Of a stretch of 64,000 nucleotides of DNA, positions 41,028 to 49,902 are shown piece after piece. Position numbers and translations under genes: made by a program. Source of the DNA: an uncultured Pelagibacteraceae bacterium (GTDB taxonomy: Bacteria; Pseudomonadota; Alphaproteobacteria; Pelagibacterales; AG-422-B15); NCBI GenBank assembly GCA_902605215.1, contig CACLBX010000003.1, forward strand, positions 4,378 to 68,377, in the 5' to 3' direction. The stretch's first letter is position 1. Every line of letters starts with the position of its first letter. The notes below the pieces were generated by a model, which made no database searches, was not told the origin of the DNA, and was given only the letters and a program-made list of their open reading frames with translations.

Positions 41028-42686
41028 TTATGAATAGATCCATCTATCGTTGGTTTGACTTATTTCATTCATAAGAGGAGCTCCTTGATACATACATATT
41101 CTCAACCATTTATCAGAACGAGGGTCAAATTTTTGTGCCCCAAAAAAAGATAACTTTAATCGCAGCATATCAATGGGCATTAAATTTGATCCGATCGAAT
41201 TATCTTGAATTTCCGAATATGGTAACTTCTCAGCTATAAAGCATCTTCTTACCACATGTCTTAAATCGCTATTGTTCCCTAAAAACTCAGACAAAATTTG
41301 GTCTTCAGGAACATCCAAAAGACGATAATACAGATCATTTATATCACGAGCGATGGCAAGAGGCTGTTCCAACTCAGATCCATCGTCATCAAATCTGTTT
41401 GCTAACCTTGGCTCCTCTTTATTTTTTGAGATAAACCAGAATTTTTCGTTTGGCTCATTTTTTGAGAAATCAATCTCTATAATATCTCTGTAACCTTTAG
41501 AAATTATATTCTTTAATTCACTTACTTTTTTATACGTTGGTATATTGAAATATAAATCTTCATTGGAACTCATATTTGATATCAAAGGGTTAATAATAGA
41601 GTCGTAAGGTTCCATCATCAGTGAAATAATAAATTCAATACCTTCAAAACTTAAGTGTTTTTCAATCCATGTATAAAGATGATCCCAAAGATTATCTTTA
41701 TCTACAGACAAGGTTGAAAGATATTCACTTTCAAATTTTTTAATATCATTCCTTAAATCTTTTATTTTTTTTATTTGATAGGCACTTTCTGTTTCCCAAG
41801 TACTAATCATATTTTTAGAAAGCTTGAGACATTCCTTAAATATGCTTAGGTCACTTTCCTTTACTTTACTTATTTCTCTAATCTGTTTTAACGCTTCTTC
41901 TTTAGCAAAAATCCACTGATGCAACAGAGATGGATGATTAATAATAAAAGGAGCCATGCCAAGTCCTGTAGAATTTCCTATTCCAAGTTTACGCGCTATT
42001 GACTGATCAAGTTTAACAGCCAATTTAGGATTCTTCTTTTTAGCAATGTGATTAACCTGGTCAAATGTAAACTGACGCACTAAATAAACCAACATCATTT
42101 CAAGTCGAAAGGGACCATTAATTTCTTTACGGTCTTTAATTCTATATCGATCAGCTAATCCAAATTTACCAGATCCATAAACCGCCGTGGTTCTATAGAG
42201 GTAGCCAACTTTTTTTATTAAAGATAAATCAGGTTGAATTCCATTTGAAAGTTTTTCAACAACATGATTAAAAATTCTTACAGACTTATTTGCTCTCGAT
42301 AATGTTAATTCTTTATAACTGCATCGGCCAACTTCCTGCTTAGGAACATTCAATTTTAATCTTTGAATATCTTTTTCTGTTGGTATTCCATCGTGAAGAA
42401 CAAATGCTGCATCCCACTTCGTAGCAATTACTCTGTCAGACCTTTCTGAGGCATCAAGTTCATTAGCAAAGCAAATCAATGAATAGGTGCGACTATCTTT
42501 ACTAACTGAATAAACTGCAGTACCGAACCCTTGGTTATCAAGATCAAATAAATCACATTTAAATGTCCAACTTTTAAATTCTCTCACAAAACTTCTCAGA
42601 AAAGATAGCTTTGTCTGATGAAAGGAGCCCAATCGCTTTAGTGTCATGACTTCATGAGGATCGCGGTGCTTAATTTGATTATGCAT
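41028..42686 (-). CDS. Conserved-looking hypothetical protein, 552 aa, no recognised domain
   Basis: Long uninterrupted ORF with typical composition. 1-nt overlap with the upstream M19-like gene and a 4-nt gap to the downstream gene. Confidence 0.6.
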   Translation of the reverse strand: MHNQIKHRDPHEVMTLKRLGSFHQTKLSFLRSFVREFKSWTFKCDLFDLDNQGFGTAVYSVSKDSRTYSLICFANELDASERSDRVIATKWDAAFVLHDGIPTEKDIQRLKLNVPKQEVGRCSYKELTLSRANKSVRIFNHVVEKLSNGIQPDLSLIKKVGYLYRTTAVYGSGKFGLADRYRIKDRKEINGPFRLEMMLVYLVRQFTFDQVNHIAKKKNPKLAVKLDQSIARKLGIGNSTGLGMAPFIINHPSLLHQWIFAKEEALKQIREISKVKESDLSIFKECLKLSKNMISTWETESAYQIKKIKDLRNDIKKFESEYLSTLSVDKDNLWDHLYTWIEKHLSFEGIEFIISLMMEPYDSIINPLISNMSSNEDLYFNIPTYKKVSELKNIISKGYRDIIEIDFSKNEPNEKFWFISKNKEEPRLANRFDDDGSELEQPLAIARDINDLYYRLLDVPEDQILSEFLGNNSDLRHVVRRCFIAEKLPYSEIQDNSIGSNLMPIDMLRLKLSFFGAQKFDPRSDKWLRICMYQGAPLMNEISQTNDRWIYS

Positions 42687-43657
42687 TAATGAATATTCTC
42701 TCTATAAAAATTAAACCAGTTGTCGCCTAATATTGAATCTACTTCTGTATCATCAAAGCCAACTTCTTTTAAGCCTAATTCAAGATTATTAAATCCTAAA
42801 GTATTTTCAAACCATTCTGGCTGTGTAGGGAATGCTGCATCACTTTTAGATCCTTCTCCATAATCCTTAGTTTTTGTCCAGGTCCCATTTCTCATCCACT
42901 CAACAACAGAGTCAGGTTGACCAAGACATAAATCTGATCCAATACCAACATGATCAATTCCCATTAGGTCTACAGTCCTTGCTGTCATTTCACAAAAACT
43001 TTTAAGAGTACAATTAGTTCCTCCAAGAAGATGGTGAGGATAAAGTGAGAGACCTATTATGCCCTTTGACTGACTAAGTGCTTTTAATATTTCATTTGAT
43101 TTGTTTCTTCTAGCTGGATGCCAAAAGGAGGGATTAGCATGGGTAATAGCAATGGGCTTTTCTGAAATCGTTATTGCATCTAGCGTTGATTGCTCAGCTG
43201 AGTGCGACATATCCACAACGATTCCAACTTTATTCATTTCCTTAATTACCTCTCTACCCATTCGGGTTACCCCACTATCGTTATCTTCATAACAACCTGT
43301 TGCAAGTAAAGATTGATTATTATAGGTAAGCTGCATAAAGACTGCTCCTAAATCATGAACAGATTTAACGAGATTAATATCGTCTTCAATGGGTGAGCAG
43401 TTTTGAAAACCAAAAAAGACAGCAGTTTTATTTTCCTCTTTTGCTTTTTCTATATCTTTGTAGGTCCTTCCATGTATCAATAAATTATCAAATTCTTCAA
43501 AATAAGTATTCCACTGCTCTACATTATTTTTTACTTCATCAAAATCTTCATGATAAGCGATGGTTACATGAATTGCATTTAAACCAGCTTCATTGTTGGT
43601 TTTAAAAATTTCTTCTGACCAATTACAATATTGTAAATTATCGATTCTATAGGTCAT
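42686..43657 (-). CDS. Peptidase M19 (renal/membrane dipeptidase) family homologue, atypical metal site
   Basis: MQLTYNNQS, GVTRMGREVIKEMNKVGIVVDMSHS, PIAITHANP and HVGIGSDL match the M19 TIM-barrel. The DGHND-type and EGG-type motifs are replaced (IDNLQY, GFQNC). Confidence 0.78.
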   Translation of the reverse strand: MTYRIDNLQYCNWSEEIFKTNNEAGLNAIHVTIAYHEDFDEVKNNVEQWNTYFEEFDNLLIHGRTYKDIEKAKEENKTAVFFGFQNCSPIEDDINLVKSVHDLGAVFMQLTYNNQSLLATGCYEDNDSGVTRMGREVIKEMNKVGIVVDMSHSAEQSTLDAITISEKPIAITHANPSFWHPARRNKSNEILKALSQSKGIIGLSLYPHHLLGGTNCTLKSFCEMTARTVDLMGIDHVGIGSDLCLGQPDSVVEWMRNGTWTKTKDYGEGSKSDAAFPTQPEWFENTLGFNNLELGLKEVGFDDTEVDSILGDNWFNFYRENIH

Positions 43658-43865
43658 ATAATTCTAATTCGTTGATCATTGTGTCTACTCATATACTATG
43701 AAAGCGTTGAGAGGGAAACAATGCTAAGAAAATCAATTTTTGAGCTATTCTAATGATTTTTTGACGAAACTGCGACAATTTTGGCCCTAATTCTTATACT
43801 GAAGTTCTTTCTTTCTTTTTTTAAGATATTATATTTAAGCTGATACTAATTTTAATAGCTACATT

Positions 43866-44465
43866 ATGTACACACCCATTAACCAATATATCGAAAGACT
43901 GGAGAATATCTCCTTTAATGTTGATGAACTTAATAAAGCTGTATCAGACCTCATAAAGATCAGACCTTTTGAAAATGATAACTTAAAAAATGGTATGCTA
44001 AAATCTAATGCCATCTGCTTAAACTATGATGAGAAAGAACTTGATGAGTGGTTTGGTGGAAATATAAGAGGCAAATACTGGACGAAGCCTGACTCTTCTT
44101 TTGAGGAAATGGAGCGCGAACCATATATTGACGAGACGAGATATACATTATTTAACCCAAAGTTAGACAATACCTACTTTAAATTTGTTTATGAAAAAAT
44201 TAATGAGTACTTCGAAGTTGGAAGGTGCAGAGTAATCAAAATGCCTCCAAGAACTACACTAAGCTGGCATCGTGATCCTGAGAAACGCATACACGTTGCG
44301 ATTAAAACAAATTATGGAGCTAGGATGTTTATTGAGCATACAGGTCATCATATTCCTGCTGATGGAAATATTTATCTAACCGACAATACTAAGTACCACA
44401 CAGCAATCAATGGTGGTGAGGAAGATCGAATTCATCTAGTCGCAACTGTGTTGGGCACAAAATAG
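43866..44465 (+). CDS. Cupin-fold, aspartyl/asparaginyl beta-hydroxylase-like 2OG/Fe(II) oxygenase (putative)
   Basis: 199 aa. LSWHRDPEKRIHVAIKTN .. KYHTAINGGEEDRIHLV gives an HxD...H arrangement as in the Asp/Asn beta-hydroxylase family. Confidence 0.5.
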   Translation: MYTPINQYIERLENISFNVDELNKAVSDLIKIRPFENDNLKNGMLKSNAICLNYDEKELDEWFGGNIRGKYWTKPDSSFEEMEREPYIDETRYTLFNPKLDNTYFKFVYEKINEYFEVGRCRVIKMPPRTTLSWHRDPEKRIHVAIKTNYGARMFIEHTGHHIPADGNIYLTDNTKYHTAINGGEEDRIHLVATVLGTK

Positions 44466-44467
44466 TT

Positions 44468-45808
44468 TTAGCAATCAATAATATTTTTTCTTTCCCAATC
44501 TTTTTTATTTTCATCACTAACTTTATTGTGTTCTGCGATTTCCCTTTTTTTAAGTTTTAAGTATTGTGAGACAACTTTTGAGCTTATGGATTTTCTTACA
44601 ACTTCACTGGCTTTAAATTTATTAAGTGACTCTATTAGAGACTGAGGTAACTTTTTAATTCTCTTTAACTTATGTCCTTGTGAATACATATTCACATCTA
44701 CCCTCTTGCCAGGATTTCTTTTATTTTTTATTCCATCCAATCCCATAGCAATCAGCCCAGCTTGCAAGAGATATGGATTAACTGCACCATCGGCGGGTCT
44801 AAATTCTATCCTTCCAGCATCTGGTATTCTGATCATATGGGTTCGGTTATTTCCTGAATAGGTTACAGCAGTAGGTGAGTATGTTGATCCTGAATTAGTT
44901 GTTCTCGCATTCAAACGATCATAACTATTTAATGATGGGTTGAACCAAGCAGAAAATGAATCAACAGATTTCATTATCCCGCCAATAAAGTGGTAGCCCA
45001 TTTTGGACAATCCAAGCTCATTATCCTGATTAAGAAAATGATTTTTTTTCTTTTTTAAATCCCATAAAGATGCATGCGCATGACAACCATTTCCAGTTAA
45101 ATCATCAAAAGGCTTGGGCATAAAAGTAGCCCTTAAGCCGTGTTTCTCAGCAATAGATTTTACCATAAATTTAAAAAAAACATGTCGGTCTGCAGTCGTA
45201 AGTGAGTCAGTGTAGTCCCAATTCATTTCATATTGGCCATTTGCATCTTCGTGATCGTTTTGATAGGGCTTCCACCCAAGCTTGATCATAGAGTCACAAA
45301 TTTCCTTTAAAATATCATAGCGCCTCATCAATGCCGCGACGTCGTAGCAAGGCTTTTGAGCATCGTCCCTTGAATCAGCAACCTCAGTTCCAGCTTCATT
45401 AAGTATGAAAAATTCACATTCTACACCCGTCATCATTTTAAAATTGAGATCTGTCATTTGTCTAATTTGTTTTTTGAGAATGACACGTGGGCATTGATCC
45501 ATAGGCGCATTGTTAATCACCAGATCACTGGCCAACCAACCGACATCAGGTTGCCATGGTAATTGTATGAGACTGTCAGGGTCTGGAACGGCAAACATAT
45601 CTGGGGCTGCAAAATCAAGGTCCAAGTAAGTTGCAAAACCGCCAAATCCAGCACCAGTTTTTTGCATTTCAGAAATAGCGCGGGCTGGCACTAATTTTGC
45701 ACGCTGTATACCAAACAAATCGACAAAACTGATTAAGAAGTATTTGATTTTCTTTTGTTGAGCGATCTTAGCTAAACTGCTTTTCATAATTAGAATTATG
45801 ACTTCCAA
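44468..45808 (-). CDS. Glutamine synthetase family ligase (gamma-glutamyl-amine synthetase type: GmaS/PuuA-like)
   Basis: FVDLFGIQRAKLVP beta-grasp start, GVECEFF, HEDANGQYEMNW, GNGCHAHASLW and NSYDRL. The true start may be ATG 45787. Confidence 0.85.
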   Translation of the reverse strand: MEVIILIMKSSLAKIAQQKKIKYFLISFVDLFGIQRAKLVPARAISEMQKTGAGFGGFATYLDLDFAAPDMFAVPDPDSLIQLPWQPDVGWLASDLVINNAPMDQCPRVILKKQIRQMTDLNFKMMTGVECEFFILNEAGTEVADSRDDAQKPCYDVAALMRRYDILKEICDSMIKLGWKPYQNDHEDANGQYEMNWDYTDSLTTADRHVFFKFMVKSIAEKHGLRATFMPKPFDDLTGNGCHAHASLWDLKKKKNHFLNQDNELGLSKMGYHFIGGIMKSVDSFSAWFNPSLNSYDRLNARTTNSGSTYSPTAVTYSGNNRTHMIRIPDAGRIEFRPADGAVNPYLLQAGLIAMGLDGIKNKRNPGKRVDVNMYSQGHKLKRIKKLPQSLIESLNKFKASEVVRKSISSKVVSQYLKLKKREIAEHNKVSDENKKDWERKNIIDC

Positions 45809-45882
45809 AATATTAAATTCAATAATGAATTATAAGCTATATTTATGTTACATAAAACCCAATTTGGGCATACTATCGTATT

Positions 45883-46947
45883 ATGGATCCACACTTAGTA
45901 GCAAAAAAAAACAAAGTTATTGATCTCATTAACAATCTAGAAGATGGCAACTTTGCATTGTTGCTCTTAATTCATATCTCTCGGTATCAAAATTTATTTT
46001 TGCATACAGAACCTGATTGGGAAAACAGCCCAAATAATTGGATAACCAAAGACAGACGACTCCAAGATGAGTCTATCGGAGTTCTTTCGTTCATCATTTT
46101 ATATTCTCTCACCAATGCGCATGTGGATGAAAATCTTTTTCCTGAATATAGAAAGCAAATTAAGGCAATGAAAATTGAAGATTTCTTGGATAATAATTTT
46201 TTTATTTCTCCATTCACAAATTTTATTGGAAAAAAAATATCTCTGAAAGTTCTTGAGTCATTTTTTTCTATTCCCCGAGAAAATATAAGACGATATATAA
46301 AGTCGTTGATAGAGGCTGGGTTTATTAGTAAAAACAAAAAGTATGGTTACCTTGTAAACATGGAGGCGTATGTTCAATACATATTTACAGACTCTCTTAG
46401 TAAAATTATGAAGTCACTCATGAGAACATTCGATGATATTATCGTTAATCTTGAAGAAAAGTATCAACTAAAATTAAATTTAAAACCAATCTCAGTTATA
46501 AATTTAGAAAAGACAAAACCCGATGTATGGAATCGAATTAGATTGCCCATGTATCACTTTTGGGTAAGAGTTCTAACACTAGAAGGCAATGATCACCTTT
46601 TAAGCCCCAATGATCGAGTTGTCTTATCTGCATCGATCTATTTTAGGAAACGTAAAGGAATATTAAATTTCACTAAAATTTCTGAGCTTTACGAAAATGA
46701 TTATCTCTTACCAACAAATATTTCATCAATTGCAGAGGCATCTAAAATGCCACGAGAAACTGTGAGGAGGTGTAGTAATAAATTAATAAAGATGAGACAT
46801 TTTGAAAAAAAAGGACGTCAACTGTATAGAATTAATTACGCTCATAAAGATGGAGAAATAGAAAATTTTATCAAGAATAAGAAAGTTACAACTCGCGATA
46901 TGATGAATTTTTATTTTAGAATTTACGATGATTTAGTTCAGATTTAA
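45883..46947 (+). CDS. Hypothetical protein with two winged-helix-like segments (possible regulator)
   Basis: 354 aa. IPRENIRRYIKSLIEAGFISK and ASKMPRETVRRCSNKLIKMRHFEKKGR look like recognition helices of MarR/Rrf2-like wHTH domains. Confidence 0.45.
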   Translation: MDPHLVAKKNKVIDLINNLEDGNFALLLLIHISRYQNLFLHTEPDWENSPNNWITKDRRLQDESIGVLSFIILYSLTNAHVDENLFPEYRKQIKAMKIEDFLDNNFFISPFTNFIGKKISLKVLESFFSIPRENIRRYIKSLIEAGFISKNKKYGYLVNMEAYVQYIFTDSLSKIMKSLMRTFDDIIVNLEEKYQLKLNLKPISVINLEKTKPDVWNRIRLPMYHFWVRVLTLEGNDHLLSPNDRVVLSASIYFRKRKGILNFTKISELYENDYLLPTNISSIAEASKMPRETVRRCSNKLIKMRHFEKKGRQLYRINYAHKDGEIENFIKNKKVTTRDMMNFYFRIYDDLVQI

Positions 46948-49721
46948 ATTGAGCACATTAAAATAATTTCTTCATTACAGACTAACTCAGCTTCAACAAT
47001 GGAACTATTTTGAGCACTTAATTGTGTATCAAGGGCTTCAAGCATAGATTTTGCTTCATTCATTGGTACTGGGCCTACAATAATGGAATAGTCATTTTTA
47101 TCTAATTTATCGACATTAATATCATATTTGAGAAATCTACTGTCAAATCCCATTACATCGTAAATATAATTCATAAAACTGAATGCAGAATTGCCACGTG
47201 TATACGATCCAATTTTTATATAAACATATTCAGCGTCACTGGTATCAATTGTTAATTCAGTTTCTTCAATATCGCTTGCTTGGGCACTAAATGCATTTGA
47301 TACAACTTCTGTAGGTTCTTCGATGAGTTGAGCGAGATCTTCTAATGCTTGGGTTGCTTCTTCAGCTAATTTATTTTCTAATTCAGTTGTGTTGTTGAGT
47401 TCTGTAAGTAAATCTCTCGCAGCATTGGCTTCCTCAACAAGGCTATTTTCATCAACAGCATTTAAAATTTTCTTTTTTGGTAAAACGCTAACCAATTCTA
47501 ATGTTTCTTCAGTATTATCAATTGTAGTTTCATCATTCGGCAATAGAGATGTATCTACCTGGTTCTCAATTGCATCAACCTCTGGAATCGCTTCTTCATC
47601 ACTATCGATTGCAGCTTCGTCGAGTATGTTTTGGGCTTTTTTAAGAGTACTATCAACAGAGTCTAACAAGTCATTCAGGCTATCTGCATCATTAATAATC
47701 ATTTCATTGGACACAGCATATTCATCCAAATCAATTTTTGGTTCATCAACAACTTCAGTAACTTCCGAAACTTCTTCATTAGTTTCCATGATTTCCTCAA
47801 CGGTCTCAATGCCTTGTTCTATGCTAATCTTATCCTCTTCAACTTGATTGAAACCTAACTGAATAAGTTCTTCTCTTGCGTTTTTACTTTCTTGGGCAAG
47901 GAATTCACCCTCATCCAAAAATTGAAGTGTGAAGTTATCCTCAACAGATACCAGTGCATTTGCAACAGAAACTTTTAATTTTATTCCAGATACGTCACTA
48001 GGAGGATTGCCCACAAATGACAAATCAGAAGTTAAAAAAGCAAGCCATCTTGGTAAAGCAGTTCCATCCTCTTGTGATGCTTCAAAACGCAGCTTGCCTG
48101 GTCCACTGATATTGAACGTATTGTCAGAAATTTGGAATTTATTACTGGTTTGTTGCGTATTGATTGGATCATTTATAATTAGAAGCATCGGATCCTGGTC
48201 ACTAATAGGAACATTTACCGCTGCTTGATAAACTTCTCCCCATTCAGAAAGATTAGTTTCAATATTTTTGCTCACATCCTCAATCGATAAATTCTGATGG
48301 TTTTCAGGCAGAATATCTTTTCCAAGTGATGCGTAAATTTGTCCAATACTGTGCTGCATTTCAGAGAAGGCTAAATCGCGTCGAAGTTCGGCAACCAATA
48401 AACTTGCTTCTTCCCGAATAACTTCAAGTTCGCCGAAGCGCGAGACTTTTTGTGCATTTTGTACTTGCTTACTGATCCTTTGAGCCACATCCAGGTATCT
48501 CTGCGCAGTATCATATTCTTCTATTGCTAAGGCATAATTCATATTTGAAAGATGGACTTGAGACAAAACTGTCATAGCAATAGCTAGATGACGTTCTGCA
48601 ATTAAATCTTTACTGGCTTTAGAAGATTTTTTTACAGCCCCTAATGAAAACACGTTAAAAAGGTTAGCTCCAATAGATGCGCCGTATTCTGTTGAGTCTT
48701 GGTTCAACAAATATTGATTGCTTGAATAACCGTAAGTCGCATTAAATTTTATACTTGGAATCAGCCCTAAAATAGCGGCTCTAGTATCCTTGCCAGTAAT
48801 CCTTTTTTGATAGCGACTTTCCATTAACTCAGGTCTTGAAACAAGTGCGATTTCTTCCATCTTTTCAATGTTCATATTTATATTAGTGAGGTAAGCATCA
48901 TCTCTTGACAGGCTAAACTTTTGACCAGGCAGTAATCCCATGAGTATCGCAAGTTCATTTTTGGAATTTATTAATGCTCGTTGTTGAGTTTGCAGCGTTC
49001 TTTGAACATCAAGTAATTCTTTTTGATAAAGTAATGAATCCATAGGTGCAGATATGAGAAGTTCTTCAATATACTTCGAGTCTGCAAGAGCTGTTTCAAC
49101 TCTCTCAAGAAGTGGATTTAATTTTTTTAAAAGATTTTCTGACGCCTGTGCTTTCCAGTAAGCGCGAATGATATCACGAGTAATGTTTTGTGTTGCTTTT
49201 CTCTCAAGTTCTTTAGCAATTAGATAACGATCCGCTTGTTGACCTGCTCGAATGTAGGACAAGCCAAAATCAAGAGCGTTCCATGTGAACTCAATATTTC
49301 TAGTTCTTAGACCTCTATCACGAGAAACAGTATAAGACTCAGTTCCATCAAGATCTGATGGTGGCTCACTATCATTTTCAACTGTAATACTCGTTGATGG
49401 CTGTAATTCATTAAATTCAGAGTAACCCGCATTGAGGGCAATATCTGGAAGCATATCAAAACGTTGAAGATCACTTTGCCTCTGCGCCAATGCAGACTCC
49501 ATTACGCTGATACGTAAGTCACGGTTGTTTTTAATGGCAATAGCAATTGCTGTATGGAGGTCTATGTTTTCTAGAGGAGCCTCAACTGTGAGCGACGATA
49601 AATCTTTTTGAATACTTATACTTAACTTTTCTGCGTCGATAACATTGGGTGTCCGAGCGCAGGCGCTAAGTGCAATCAATAGGAAGAGAGCTATTATTTT
49701 TGTAGTAATTTTTCTCATCAA
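46944..49721 (-). CDS. TolC/OEP-family outer-membrane lipoprotein fused to an Ig-like (dystroglycan/cadherin-type) domain, a long acidic linker and a SPOR-like C-terminal domain
   Basis: Lipobox LIALSAC (Cys21). About 430 aa of two-fold OEP-type helix/strand repeats. ALPRWLAFLTSDLSFVGNPP..IKLKVSV segment near 47930-48150. D/E-rich region 47236-47930. C-terminal YVYIKIGSY..YSIIVGPVPMNEAKSMLEAL. Confidence 0.8.
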   Translation of the reverse strand: MMRKITTKIIALFLLIALSACARTPNVIDAEKLSISIQKDLSSLTVEAPLENIDLHTAIAIAIKNNRDLRISVMESALAQRQSDLQRFDMLPDIALNAGYSEFNELQPSTSITVENDSEPPSDLDGTESYTVSRDRGLRTRNIEFTWNALDFGLSYIRAGQQADRYLIAKELERKATQNITRDIIRAYWKAQASENLLKKLNPLLERVETALADSKYIEELLISAPMDSLLYQKELLDVQRTLQTQQRALINSKNELAILMGLLPGQKFSLSRDDAYLTNINMNIEKMEEIALVSRPELMESRYQKRITGKDTRAAILGLIPSIKFNATYGYSSNQYLLNQDSTEYGASIGANLFNVFSLGAVKKSSKASKDLIAERHLAIAMTVLSQVHLSNMNYALAIEEYDTAQRYLDVAQRISKQVQNAQKVSRFGELEVIREEASLLVAELRRDLAFSEMQHSIGQIYASLGKDILPENHQNLSIEDVSKNIETNLSEWGEVYQAAVNVPISDQDPMLLIINDPINTQQTSNKFQISDNTFNISGPGKLRFEASQEDGTALPRWLAFLTSDLSFVGNPPSDVSGIKLKVSVANALVSVEDNFTLQFLDEGEFLAQESKNAREELIQLGFNQVEEDKISIEQGIETVEEIMETNEEVSEVTEVVDEPKIDLDEYAVSNEMIINDADSLNDLLDSVDSTLKKAQNILDEAAIDSDEEAIPEVDAIENQVDTSLLPNDETTIDNTEETLELVSVLPKKKILNAVDENSLVEEANAARDLLTELNNTTELENKLAEEATQALEDLAQLIEEPTEVVSNAFSAQASDIEETELTIDTSDAEYVYIKIGSYTRGNSAFSFMNYIYDVMGFDSRFLKYDINVDKLDKNDYSIIVGPVPMNEAKSMLEALDTQLSAQNSSIVEAELVCNEEIILMCSI

Positions 49722-49902
49722 TCTAGGATTTCTGTTTTGTCACAGATTCAATATGGAATTATAGACAAATGGGGTAAAACCAAAAAAATAATATACCCAA
49801 TATGAGTTGTTTAGGCTTATGTGAGTACCTTTCCAACTTTAGTGATGTATAAATAAAGTGCCGAAACCCAATATTTACATTGGCTAGAGAACATATAATT
49901 AA

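Noticed and set aside
44468-45808. Naming the GS-like gene specifically gmaS (gamma-glutamylmethylamide synthetase) or puuA
   Set aside because: Substrate specificity within this ligase family cannot be read from motifs alone, and no N-methylglutamate synthase or dehydrogenase genes are adjacent.
47389-48228. Two plus-strand ORFs (152 and 99 aa) inside the TolC-fusion gene
   Set aside because: They are antisense shadows of the D/E-rich linker. Their translations are low-complexity and Ser/Leu-rich with no motif, and the minus-strand frame is continuous with clear OEP and domain signatures.
49802-49852. 16-codon sORF (MSCLGLCEYLSNFSDV) in the TolC/adhesin intergenic region, considered as a possible precursor peptide for the RRE-S2P protein
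   Set aside because: It has no Shine-Dalgarno-like sequence, is very short, and is what chance produces in AT-rich DNA. It should be re-examined only if it is conserved in orthologous loci.
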